Source: Moniliella sp. 'wahieum' (Eukaryota). From it: 64,000 bases of DNA. The position numbers were made by a program, and so were the translations under genes. Location of the stretch: the NCBI GenBank assembly GCA_003971905.1, contig RSEE01000121.1, positions 62,001 to 126,000 on the forward strand. The letters run 5' to 3'. The notes under the pieces are model-generated. The model worked only from the letters and a program-made list of their open reading frames with translations, ran no database searches and was not told where the DNA came from. Below are positions 1 to 12,010 of this stretch, one piece after another (position 1 is the stretch's first letter; each line of letters opens with the position of its first letter).

Positions 1-1048
1 CCGAGGAACGTTCCTTTGGCCTGCGCACCAATTGGCGCAAGGCCGGCGAATGGCGCAGCATGTGGTACAGGTGAGGTTCACGCATATGGGAAGGAACGAG
101 AATGTAGCGCTGAATCAGCTCCTTAGGAGTGGAGGTAATTTGATCAATCTTGCAAACCAGCGGGGGCAGCTTACCCTCCTCGGAGGCGCGCGTCGCATTC
201 TTGGCCACCAGCGCATCAATCGACCGAGTCAAGGTGGCAGTGAAGAGGAGTGTTTGTCTCTGCTTGGCCGGTGGCAGAGCCTGCTGGAACAGATACGCTA
301 GCTCCGGGGCAAACGAAGGTGTCAAGAGCAAATCCGCCTCGTCCAGTACGACGAAGCGGCACCAAGATAGGAGACCATTGTATCCGTTGCCACTGCTCCG
401 CAGCAAGTCCACCAGTCGACCGGGGGTAGCGATGATGACATGCGGACGGACGTTAGCGAGGGTCGGGGCCTATTTGAGCTGGTCCAGACCGCCCACAATA
501 AGCGCCGAGTGCAAGCCAAGCGGCGGCCGGATGCCCTGGGCGACAGCGACGAATTGCTGGTGGAGCTGCATGGCCAGTTCGCGCGTCGGGGTGAGGATGA
601 GAGCAAAGCCAGCGACAGGATCGGCCATCAGGCGCTGCAATATGGGCAGCGCAAAGCAGAGCGTCTTACCGGCACCCGTCTGGGCGCCACCTACAACATC
701 CCTCCCATCAGCCAGGATGGCAGGGATGGTAAGCGCTTGGATGTCGGTGGGGACGGTGATGGCCAGGTTGGAAAGCGAACGGACGAGAGGAGGGGCGATG
801 CCCAGCTGGCCGAATGATTGCGGTTTCGAATCCGACACGGCGGAGGGAAGGTGGTGGGCGGGGGAAGCAGAAGCAGAAACAGGCGCTGCGATCGGGGCGT
901 GTTGGTCCTCCAGCGCATGTGGGTCCGGGGCCGGGGGAGCGGCGGTGGCCGTGGCCGCGGCGCGCTCGCGCGCAGCCTTCAGCTTGGCTTCGATGCGGTC
1001 CTGAGCGGCATGGGAGCGAGCGATGCGCGCGGTGGGCGCCGAGGCCAT
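1..1048 (-). CDS. DBP8: DEAD-box RNA helicase, Dbp8/DDX49 type (3' end beyond window)
   Basis: ATG at 1048. Q-motif (SFGQLGI..PTDIQ), GGAQTGAGKT and LTPTRELA. After an in-frame TAG (470-472) the same frame continues HVIIATPGRL..VVLDEAD..QTLLFTAT. The TAT motif III and FALILTPTRELA are typical of Dbp8. Confidence 0.85.
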
Positions 1049-1263
1049 CCTCGAAGGAAGGGAGCGGCGCGGAGGAGATGGTGGTGCGGGCGCCTGGGGT
1101 AATAGTGTAACCCTCGGCGGTTCACGTGCGGCAGCCCAGTAATTAAAAAAGTGGTCGAGATTGAAACGGGGAGTCGGCTGCACTTGCACCGATCGGCGGG
1201 CCCCAAAAAAATATGGCCCTCCTGCGCAGCAACCACACACCACCCCCATCCCACCCCACAGCC
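1049..1263. promoter_or_regulatory. Compact bidirectional promoter of DBP8/NOP14
   Basis: 215 bp between divergent ATGs; TAACCCT (1108-1114), CACGTG (1123-1128) and two A-tracts. Confidence 0.55.
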
Positions 1264-4201
1264 ATGGCCAAGAAGGGCGGCTCGCAGCTGGCCCAGCTCA
1301 AGCACCGCGCCGTCAGCGACGGCCTGCGCGGCGGCCCCGGTGAGGGCAAGCGGCGCTCGTCTGCCTCCGCCGCCACCGCCACCGCCAAGACGCGCACGCG
1401 CCACGACGCCCGCTCTGCGCTCGGCGATGCGTTTGCCAGTACGTTCGACACCAAAGTCACCCGGCAGAAGCGCGACATCCTCACCCGCGCCAGCATCCAG
1501 CACAAGAACGCCAAGGGCACCGTTGGTCGTCCTGCCGAGTCCAAGTCGGCCGCCGTCGCTGCCCGGCAGGCCCAGCTGCTCCCCCAGCTGCAGGACCGAC
1601 ACAAGAGCGGCGCGTTTGTCGATCGTCGGTTCGGCGCGAGAACAACCCCAACATGTCGGTCGAGCAGCGCATGCTCGAACGCTTTACCGCCGAACGTAAA
1701 CGCCAGCTCACAAGTGGATCGGCCACTGCCCGCCGCGCCGGTAAGGCGAGCCTGTTCAACCTGGACGACTCGGAGGACGAAGGGTTGACTCACTTTGGCC
1801 AAAGCTTATCCGGCATGGATGATGGTGTTCTGGGTGCTGGGCTCGGCACCGACGATGAGGAGGAAGGAGGTGCCCAGCAGACCTACAACCCATTTGATGA
1901 CGAGTTACCGGAAGGTGTGGATAGGCACGATGCGGAAGGAAAGCCGCGGAGTAAAGAGGAGATTATGGCGGAGGTGATGCTCAAGTCCAAGAATGCCAAG
2001 TACGAGCGGCAAAAGGCTCGGCGATAAAGAGGAAAGAGGAAACGCGTTACGAGTTGGACGATGCCCTGGAGGACATTAAGAATGATCTTCTGTCCATGCG
2101 ACCGGCCCCGACGCGTCCCAGCGAGGCCCCTGCCCCTTCTACACTGCCTACCGCTGAGAAGCCAGCGACGGGCGCCAATGCCATGCCGGCCGATGGCGGG
2201 AGCACGTACGATGCACTGTACCGCAGTTTGGTGTATGAGCGAAGGGCCCAGCCAACGGACCGGATGAAGACGGACGAGGAGCGGGCGGCAGAGGAGGCCG
2301 AGCGGCTTCAAGCTGCTGAGCGAGAACGTTTACGGCGCATGCGTGGCGACTCGGAGGACGAAGCGGCCGCGGAGGACGAAGCGACTGCGGCGGGCGCGGG
2401 CAAACGGAAACGTGCCAAGCTTCTGGAGCGTCACGAGCGTGGGCTGATGATTTGGATGACGACTTTGTCCTGGAGGGTGTCTCGGCAGGCGAGGCTTACG
2501 GTCTGGGGCAAGGTCTTGGTGCAGAATCGGTTTCTGAAGAGGAGGACGAGGATACCTCTGACGCCGCAGACGAAAGTGCTGGCTCCTCCGATGACGACGA
2601 AGAGGAGATCGAGAACCACGAACACAATTACAATGACTTGGCCGACTTGGAAGGCCTGTCCAAGCCAGGGGAAGACATGGACTCGGACGAGGAGGTCGTG
2701 GCTGGTGGTGAAACTGAGGCACTCATCCGTACTTCGAGCAAGCAGGCGCCGTCCGACTCGAAAAAGGAAACGAGCCAACTTCCCTTCACATTCCCTGCTC
2801 CCGAGACGCATGGCGAGTTTCTTGCCTTACTTGAAGAGCATAACGTTGAGACCCAGCAGGTGCCGACCGTGATTAAGCGGATCCGAACCCTGTACAATCC
2901 CAGTCTTGGCCCGCAGAACCGCGAGCACACCGAAACGTTCCTCGAGATCCTGGTGGATCATGTCTCTACCTTGGTGCACAAGCGCAGGAGGCCGCCAGCG
3001 GGCATGAGGCAGAGGTGAACAGTAAGGAGGCAGTTTCTCTTCTCAACACGCTCCTGCCTCACATCCTTGATCTTTCCAAGCTCTTCCCCGACACGGCAGC
3101 TCACATTTTCTGCACCAAACTTACGCTGATGCAGCGCAACCTGACGCGTGGTCTGGCTGCCGCGGCGACAGGAGGAGCGGACGAACCTGGCCATCGTTTT
3201 CTGAACTCTGCTTCCTGCGTCTCGTTGGGCTCATCTGGCCCACCTCGGATCGCTCCCACCCTGTATCAACGTCCGCCCAGATCCTCATGGCCCAGTACTT
3301 GGCTCATGCGCGGATTCGTCCTGCCTCAGCTGTCGCCGACACGGCCGCCGGGCTCTACCTCGTCTCTCTCTCCGCGTCCTTTGAGAAGGAGAGCAAGCGG
3401 ATCGTGCCCGAGGCGCTCAATTTCTTACATTTGGTTCTTTTGGGTCTGGTGCCTCTCTCCGACACGGACCGTCTCGCTGCCCTCCACACTGCGGCCGAGT
3501 ACGGCATGGCTGTTTCCCAGGACGACCTGGCGGCACTCATTCTCTCCAGCCCAAGCGAAAGGCCAAAGTCAAAGTCTCTGCTGCCACGGACGAGGCTTCG
3601 TTGATTGAGGGCGAGGCAGGGTGGAGGAAGCGCGTGGACTTGGTGAGTCTGCTAGCCTGGAAGGGGGAGGGACCGCACGCTGGAGCCCAACTTTTATTGC
3701 AAGCAACCAAATTGATCGAAATATTTGCTCGGCTCTACACGGGATGCGAAGCGTACGTGGATCTCTTCCGTCCCCTGGTGAACTTGGTCAAGGATGCAGG
3801 CAAGGCAGCTGGGCCTGAGCTATCTGCTTTGGCGCAAGGGTTGGGCAGGCGAGTGGGCCTGGCCCAGTCGCGTCGTCGCTTCCTCCGTCTGCAGGCGCAC
3901 CGCGCCAAGGCACTCGAGATGCACGCACCCAAGTTTTCAGTTTCGGGTGTCTCGACCGACCCGGATCCCGAGCGCCGAGGCGAGCAAGCTGCGTGCGTTG
4001 CACAAGAAGGAGCGCAAGTCGACGATCCGCGAACTGCGCCGCGATGCACGTTTCACAGCTTCGATCAAGGAACGGGAGCAGCAAGAGGAAGATGCACGCT
4101 ACAAGAAACACATTGACCGCATCATGTCCGACCTCCAGACAGAGAGGTCAGAGCAGAAGAAGCACGAGCGCGAAAAGGCCAATCTGAAGCGGAGGCGGTG
4201 A
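1264..4201 (+). CDS. NOP14: Nucleolar protein Nop14 (U3 processome), split by several indels
   Basis: MAKKGGSQLAQLK; FVDRRFG..MSVEQRMLERF; LFNLDD..LTHFGQSL; KSKNAKYERQK; RAQPTDRMKT; QLPFTFPAP; IWPTSD..HPV; C-terminal LRALHKKERKSTIRELRRDARF. Confidence 0.9.
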
Positions 4202-4862
4202 TGAGGGGCAGCAGTGGTGCATCACGAGCGTTCTGGCTAATAATCATCCTCAGGATCAAACTGGGTTTCGACCCGTGCACATAGATATGCCCAGTGCGAC
4301 CATAATAGTGAGATGGTAGAGACGACATTCAATCACCGAATGGATGGACAACGACCCGTCCAAGATGCGGGCGGCGAGGCAAGGGGGTTGGTTTGGCGGT
4401 GTGACAGACGCGGCGCTTGGAGCTGAGGGAGATACGGCAAGTGTCCTCACGGAGTCTGGCTGTCATGGGGGGAGTCCCAAGGTGGGACGCGCCGCTGTAT
4501 ACTTAGTGTGACCACCGAGATCAACACGCTTCGTACCCTCAAGCACCTCAACATCACTACTAACTACATCGGCAGGTACTATATCTGATCTCAAGCGGAG
4601 GTACGTTTTTCCCTGCTGTGCATTGCATCATAGTTGTATTGCATTGTGTTGTACTGACTGGGACACAGACTGGCCAGTCGAGAGAGAGTGCAAGAGAAAG
4701 CGTCCTTTCTGTGTGCTCTACCGTCTCCCCTTTGCATGCTGTGTTGGGGGCTGGCGGGTGCTGTGAGTAGAGGTAGTAACCCCAGAGGGTGTGGAATCCC
4801 AGATGGACCCAACACGGAGGATGCCCTGATACGCACTGGCCAACCGACGCATAAATACACGT

Positions 4863-6155
4863 TTATACTTTCTTGCCCCCCGGCGCGACAAACCCGGCTT
4901 TCTCGAGCGCATCGCGAGCAACGCGGTTAATGTGCTTGAACCGATCCGGTCCCAACAACGCGCCCCCCCACCACCGCGTCACGATGACCAAGACATTGTC
5001 CAGATCCTGCCACGCGCCAGATCCAAACGTCAGTATCGCACTCCACCCACCTGCCCCCCTGCCACAACATCAGCACGTACCAGAATCGAAAGCAGATGCG
5101 CCAAGCGTCCCCCAGCCGCAGTCTCTCCATCGTCCTCAAAGTCCCGCTGGGTGGTGCCATCGGGCAAGGTGACGCTATAGGCAAAGATGGCTGGGGGGCA
5201 GCGCGGGCTACGCGTTTATCTTGCACGACCCATTCCAGCACCAACGGTACCTGCGCCGCGTGCTCCAACTTGCATGCGTACCCGACAAACTCGGATTTGC
5301 GATCAACAATCGTCATGGACGTTTGGAATCCCAACTTGGTCACCAGCGCTTCCAACTCCTGCTTGGTGTGTATCGCTGTGGATTTACGTTCGGGACGGGA
5401 AGGGAAAGGATCAGGAGGCAAACCTGCTGCCGCAGCCGCTTCGGCCCGCGCCTCACGTTCCCGATCCAACTGTTCCGAACGTACGCGCAACTCTTCTTCC
5501 TTGACCTTGTACCAGCGCGACACGACCTCCTTGGCCCATTCGAGCGCTTCGAACAGCATCGGTTCGCCCCTGTGCCACGTCAGCCCGCGCGGCGCGGCGG
5601 CCAACGAAGCAGGTTCCACCGCCTGGCCCGGGCGATCGGGCGGAAAACAATGGAACACCTGTCGGATCAGCCCTGGGTCCGCCGCATACGCTCCGACAAA
5701 CCGATTGAGCAGCTGCAGCTGCGGTGCCTGGTGCGTGTCGGGTACTTGGCCGGAAGCGTGATGGAAATGTGCACGTCGACCGGCTCGGGCTGGGTATCCC
5801 CTGGCCCAGGTCGGCCATACAGCGGATCCTCCTCCAACGCTACCTCCAGCTCCATCGTCACTGCCAGGCGCAACGGCTGGCCTGGGACATACGCAGAGGC
5901 ACGTGCCAGCCCGTCCTGGTCCTCGCTTTCGCGTTGCGAAGCGCCAGCGGTGTGGGGGGGGAGGGGGAGAACGGGTGCAAGTGCCGAGCGGCAGGACACG
6001 CATCTGGTCGGCTGGTAAATGCTGCTCACCGCCACCAACTCGTCGGCCAATGCGCCTGCCGCCTCGCTCTGCTGTCCATGCTTCTCCTCGTGGGCACGAA
6101 GCGTGGAGACGAGGACCTCGATCGGTCGCATGCCGCTCTTGCTGGGCAAGGCCAT
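4863..6155 (-). CDS. YIH1: IMPACT/Yih1 protein (RWD domain + UPF0029/Impact_N); intron about 5007-5080
   Basis: RWD-like DELVAVSSIY..ITLPAKYP..LFEALEW; IVDRKSEFVGYAC; DFEDDGETAAGGRLAHLL; after a GT..AG intron, NVLVIVTRWWGG..LGPDRFKHIN. Stop position approximate because of indels. Confidence 0.85.
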
Positions 6156-7575
6156 GGGGAGGGTTATCGTTACCACTGGCAACCAGCCCCGCCTCCGTCG
6201 TTGGTCCAATAACGGCGTGGCGGTCCGTGCGGGCCGTGGTTAGAGGAGGGGCGAAAATGAAATTGCAACTGGCTCGATAAGGCGGGTTGAACATTAAGGT
6301 GCAGTCTTAGGTCAGGTGATGCAGTCATTCCGCCCGCCGCCCGCCTTCCGCCTCGTGGAGGTCCAAGTTTTCCTGCGGCGTATAAACACGCACGTTGAGA
6401 CCACTGCCATCTCCCGCGTTTTCCCCCACCACTGTTCCCGGGCCATCGGCCACTGGACACCGACCCGACCACCGACCACCGACCACCCCGGATGCCGGTC
6501 CTCCAACAAGGTACGTCTTGCTCGTCTCTCTTTGGAGAGGATGACAATACCCCACTCTTCTCAAGGCCGACCTATCTACCATGGGTCGGACACGATGACT
6601 CGAGATCTTGTCATAGTTACCCTGATCCCCCCTGCCATTCTTTTGCGTCTTGGCATGCTGAGACTGACCCGAGTTGAATTCCAGGACCATCCTCTGATGT
6701 GTGTGCGGCACACGTAGCATCGGCCCCTGCCTCACCAGTGCTCCTTTTGACCCGGGAGCCCTGACTTTTTGATTCCCACACAGATATCCCTCATCCACAT
6801 CGCCTCTCCCTCTGGCCTGCTCGTCCCTGTTCAACGTTCATTAGCATTGGCCTTGTGAAGCTGGTAAGTGTCCGTGCTGCCTGCACCCCCCGTGTCCATC
6901 CGTAAATGAATTGCTGTTTTGTTGTACTCAATGATCAGGGCCATGAACCGTTTTCTTAATCCGGTCGCAATGGATGTGTGAATGTGGCCGCCACATGTGA
7001 CCTTGGGGAAAGAACACAGAGAGTTGCAGTATGAATATGATGGAGGAGCATGCACATGCTTGACGAGCTGTTGCTAATCAGGCGCTCGTGCCGGCGACTA
7101 CCGGGAGGCCAAGACTTGCCCGGAAGGGCGGGCTGGCGCTGCTGACCAAGGGCATGTGATTTGCAGTCATGACAATTCAGCATCATCCATCCGCCTTGTC
7201 GCTCAAGCTGAGCTCAGCGCACATTTTTCCAGCCGCGTTCCTCTACGGTCGGCGCAGGAAGCGACCGCTGCCACGGCGCGAGTGAGCGCCAACTACACCC
7301 TGGCGCTTCACGGGCCTTCTCATCGAAAGCGTCCCGTGCTCTCCCACTCAGCGCGCCCATTCGTCCGTGGCGCTCCGCCCAGCCTGCGCGCCCCGCCCGT
7401 TGCTCCGTCCTCCAGCCCAGCCCCCCCACCCGTCGTCGTCGTCGCGCCACGCCTTCCCCCCGCCTCTGCCCGGCCCCACCTGTCCCGGCACGCTCGCCGC
7501 ATCCCCCTGGCCCGATGGTCCTCTTTGCTCGCCTGCGTCACCGCTTTTCCCGACCCCACAGCCGCCGCCACGACG

Positions 7576-9346
7576 ATGGAGACGCGCCTGCGCCTGCCCT
7601 GCCCGCCCCGCTTCCCACGCCCCCACCCCCACCCCCACTCCCACCAAGCACCCCCGCCAGCCGGCTGCTCCCGCCCCCTCCGCGCGCCCCAACCGAGGCG
7701 CGGCCCATCCCGTGTCGCCCGCTCCCACCTCTGGCCCCAAGAGCGCGTCCCCCCCCCCGAACCGCTCCAAGCGTTCGTCCAAACGCGCTGCCCTAGGCAA
7801 GCGCACGACGGAGGACCGCGTATCGCGCCTCTCCTCGGGGGGATGTACGAGGTGGGACTGTATGCGCCGGCGCAACGGTCGCTGTTGGGTGCCAAGCCGG
7901 ACTTGGTGCACCAGTACCCGGAAATTGAGCCGTACGACACGGGCCTGCTGCGCGTGTCGGCACTGCACAACTGTACTGGGAATGGAGTGGCAACCCGCAC
8001 GGCACGCCTGCAGTGGTTTTACATGGAGGTCCAGGTGCTGGCTGTGCACCGACAGACCGGCGCTGGTTTGATCCTGCGCACTACCGCATCCTGTGCCTCG
8101 ACCAGCGCGGCGCCGGTCGCAGTGTGCCGCTGGGCGAAACAAGGGAAAACACCACGGCCGAGCTGGTGGCCGACCTGGAAACGGTCCGCACCCACTTTAA
8201 CCTCGATCGCTGGATCGTCTTTGGCCATTCGTGGGGGTCGACATTAGCCCTGGCGTATGCGCAAGCGCATCCTACCTCGGTCGCTGCGCTGGTCATTGGC
8301 GGCATCTTCACGCGCGTGCTTCCGAAGCATCGTTCTTGCTGGGCGGTCAGGGCGCCGCTCACCTCTTTCCCGATTTGTGGGACGTATTCCAATCCCACAT
8401 CCCGCCAGACGAACGTTCCAACCTGCTCCAAGCCTACCATACCCGCCTTACCAGTCCCGACCCGCTCGTTCGTTCCCAAGCCGCCCAGTACTGGTGCACG
8501 TACGAAGCGGCCGTGTGCGATTTTTATGTAGACCCCAACGTGCTCGCAGCTCAGCCTGAGCGCCGAGAACCCAGCAAAGCAGTACGTCTCCCCGCGCCCA
8601 CATAACCCCCCCCCCCCCCCTGTCTCTGTGAGGCGCCGTCTTTCCCGATCCCGACCCGAGGGAGCTAACTTTGGATGGACCGTGGGCTGCACAGGAAACG
8701 CTTGCCACAGCGCAAATCGAGACGCACTACTTTGTGCATGACTGTTTCTTAGCGCCGGGGCAATGCTCGACCCGGCCGCGCTGGCTGGAATCCGACACAT
8801 CCCCACCGCCATCGTACAAGGACGGTACGATATGGTCTGTCCTGCGTGCACAGCCTGGACCCTGCACCGTCTCTGGCCCGAAGCGAGTTTCAGCCTCATT
8901 CCCGATGCTGGCCATTCCCTGCCCACCCGGGGCTCGTCGCAGCCTTGGTCCAAGCTACCGACCTGTTCAAAGGACTCGCCCCGCCCAAGACGTTTAGTGC
9001 GCGCAGCCGCGGTCCGGCATCGCATGCCCACGCACTGGCTGCGCTGGCACAAGCGCCCGCCCCGGCACCGGCACACGACGCGGCGCACGAAGCCGAAGCG
9101 GCAGCCTTGGTCCAGGACACGGCCTCGGTCCACCAGGCACGCGCACCGCCGTCGCTCGCTGGCTCGGCGGGGGGCGTGTCGCGCACGTCGACAAGGCGGT
9201 ACGTGCCGCTGCGGGTGACGGGCCGGCTGGGCGGCCGGCGGGGCTCATGGCAGGCCGGGTCGCGGCGGGACGGGACGGGAGAGAGGAACGCGGGCGTGAA
9301 GCTTCAAGAGGCAGGAGGTGGCTATGCATCCATACCCATTCTCTGA
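7576..9346 (+). CDS. Proline iminopeptidase (peptidase S33, alpha/beta hydrolase); both ends approximate, probable intron near 8583-8693
   Basis: YPEIEPYDTGLLRVS; VVLHGGPGAG; DQRGAGRS; nucleophile GHSWGS; AQIETHYFVH; IVQGRYDMVCP; IPDAGHS. Confidence 0.85.
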
Positions 9347-11176
9347 TAGACGCCGCGCCAAGACCAACCAGGCCTCCCCTTAGGGTCCGCCTGCCCCTGT
9401 CTGCTGAGGTAAGCGGATGCGACGGGGCCACATAGCGGTGTGGGGGCTGCTGGGTGATTATAGGAGAAAGTATACCTGCCTGCCCCCTCCGCCTCGCACC
9501 CGCATCTCCCGGCGCACGTCCGCCATCCACAGCGACGACGACGACGACGACGGCGGGGGTGAACATGCTCTGCTTGTACGTCTACCTTGTGACCGCTCCA
9601 CACGCTACTGGCCGTGCCTGGTACTCCCTCATCCCCCCCAGGCCACCGTCAGCATGCTCGTGCGCCCGGCCGACTCCTCCCAGCGCTCTGCTCCGCATGC
9701 CAGTCTCCTTGTCGGAGGAACGGGAGGGAAAGACGATCAACAGCTTTTCAGAGTCTTGGCGTTATCGATTATCGCAGCACGACAGTTTGTCCAACAGCCT
9801 TGGTGGCTCCTCCCCATCTGCCTCTGCCACCTCCTCCCCATCTGCCTCCATCCCCCCCCCCCCCCCCCGCAACCGACGCTCTTGCTTCCGTGTGTCCGAT
9901 GTGGTAACCTAATTTGGGGCCTCCAGATCATGGACAAGCGATACCAACCTACCGAACGTATACAGTTCAGTCAACCGTGTCGGAAGCCTCCAACTCGACC
10001 GGGGAAGCCGCAGGGTCAGTCTTTGCAGGTCCCCGGCCGTGTCCTACCTGAACCTGTGTTCAGGCAATGGTGCTCTTGCAGTCTTGCGTGAGCCGGTTGG
10101 AGGCGTAGAACGGGGAACCAAGAGAGTCGGAATGGGAGAAAGATACCAAGCTTCGTAGCTGCCAGTATACTGCAGGGTCAGGTTCTGCAGGGCGAAAAGA
10201 GGAAGCACTTCGCGGCCCATACCCATGTATGAGCCATGGTGTTGCGTTCAGGGCAGCCGGGGAGAAAGACGAAGGAAAGGGGTACAAGCCACCATGTTAG
10301 GTCTTGCTCATCACTGTGCAGGATCCGTGAGGTCGTGGCCAGGTGTGGTTCGACGAAACCGCCCCGCCATGACAGTTGCATCGGATCGAAGGAACACCCC
10401 ACTCAACGAGAACCCCTGTCGGGTCTCTACGTCGGGAAGAATGGCGTGCCACGCCAGGTCGCCGCCTGACACGCACCGACCGCCCCGCCAAGCCTGGGCA
10501 TGATTGCCCTCCGACTGCTCGAACCCATGTTTGGGCAGTGTTCCCACCCACACTCTTTTATGCGAGGGCGGTGGTTGGGGCTCGGCAGGAATCTGCACAG
10601 TTTCCAGTGCTACAGGAGCAACGGCCGGCGGCAACGCCAACGTCCACGGTAAAGGGGTCCAGTAGAGCACATGCCAAGCACGCACCCAGGCGGACAGCGA
10701 CCTCACACGCCGCTGCATTGCCCCGGCGCACACTGGGTCGGGAGGCTCGCCACATTAGCGACCCTCCCGAAGACACATGCCCCGCCAATGAAGAAAATCC
10801 ACCCCGCCACGTAGGTCTTCACTGACACTCGCTCCGCATTTAGGCACGCACAGCGGGGTGCGAAAATCATCCGCCCCGCCCAGAGCGCGCCTTGTATGCG
10901 AGCGAACCGTCACACAGGCCACCACCTCCCCCCGACAGAGGGACCCATCTGGAAGACGCAATTGCGTTTCGTCAAATGAGTAAATGGTCCAGTTAACCCT
11001 GTCGATAGGTGGCCATCCAACAAGCACCGCCACCCGTCTGCCGGAACAAGGCAACCACGCGGGGACCAGTGGACGGGGGAGTTGAATCACTGCGTGCGCC
11101 ACTGATATCAAGGTCTCGACCATAGGGCCGCCGCCTCTTGGTGCCGCATGCGGCTGATCGTTCCGACAGACGTGCT

Positions 11177-12010
11177 TGTTGGGCCTCGTCGGTGACCTTT
11201 TCGTCTTATCTTGATGTGGGGCCAAAGGACCCAGGACCCGACGAGGCAACTATGGAGGAAATGAGGGAACAGACAATCCTTTGAGGAGTGAAGCCACAAG
11301 CGTCAGCCACTGACAAAGGAAGAAGGGAAGACCGGAGGAGACAAGGGCGATAAGACGAAAAGGTGAAGGAAGAGAGCCAAGAACGCGGGCAGGCCAGTAC
11401 GGCTGTACATTGACTAACTAAGCGTGAACACAAGTGACTCTCTCAGTGGGAAGCACAAGCCGAGGACGCGGGAGAGCCTTCGTGAACTCGTCGGCCAGCA
11501 TCTCTTGCGTGGGAGCATAAACGAATTTGATCTCACTAGACCGATGCACCTCGTGCAGGCTCTGCAGCTCAACGTCGAAATGTTTAGTCTGACGCATTGA
11601 GCCAAGTGAGTTGATGCCGGCCTTGGATTGAAGCTTGGCCAAAACAGCGGCGGACCAGGACTCCGAAGGACTGCTAGTGATGATATCGTCCACCCAAGTG
11701 ATCAAGTACATGCACCGAGTGCCGTCACGCAACTGGTAGAAACAGGGGGTCATTGGGCATCGTCCCAAAGCCAATAGCAACGAGGGCGTCACAGAGCATC
11801 TCGTACCAGGCGCGGGCTGCTTGCTTTGGCCCGTATAAACTCTTGACCAAACGCAACACTTTCCCTGGGGGCACATCTTTACCCTTCGGGAACTGCAATG
11901 TACAACTCCTCCTTCAGTGTAGGTTGCGTAAACGCACTCTCCATATCCCAATGAAGAAGAACCGTACCTTTGAGCACCGCTTGCGCGCACAGAGCCCGCC
12001 AAGTAGTCTA
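11177..12010 (-). mobile_element. Degenerate, internally deleted Ty1/copia fragment with probable 3' LTR (about 11177-11430)
   Basis: KSLYGPKQAARAW, DPCFY and YLITWVDD (RT) run directly into TKHFDV..EMLADEFTKALP (RNase H C-terminus). A ~254 bp TGTT...AACA-bounded segment follows. Confidence 0.75.

Noticed and set aside
10860..11000. IYSFDETQL, reminiscent of the pogo/Fot1 transposase N-x-DET motif
   Set aside because: Single short motif; no further DDE residues or TIRs could be identified.
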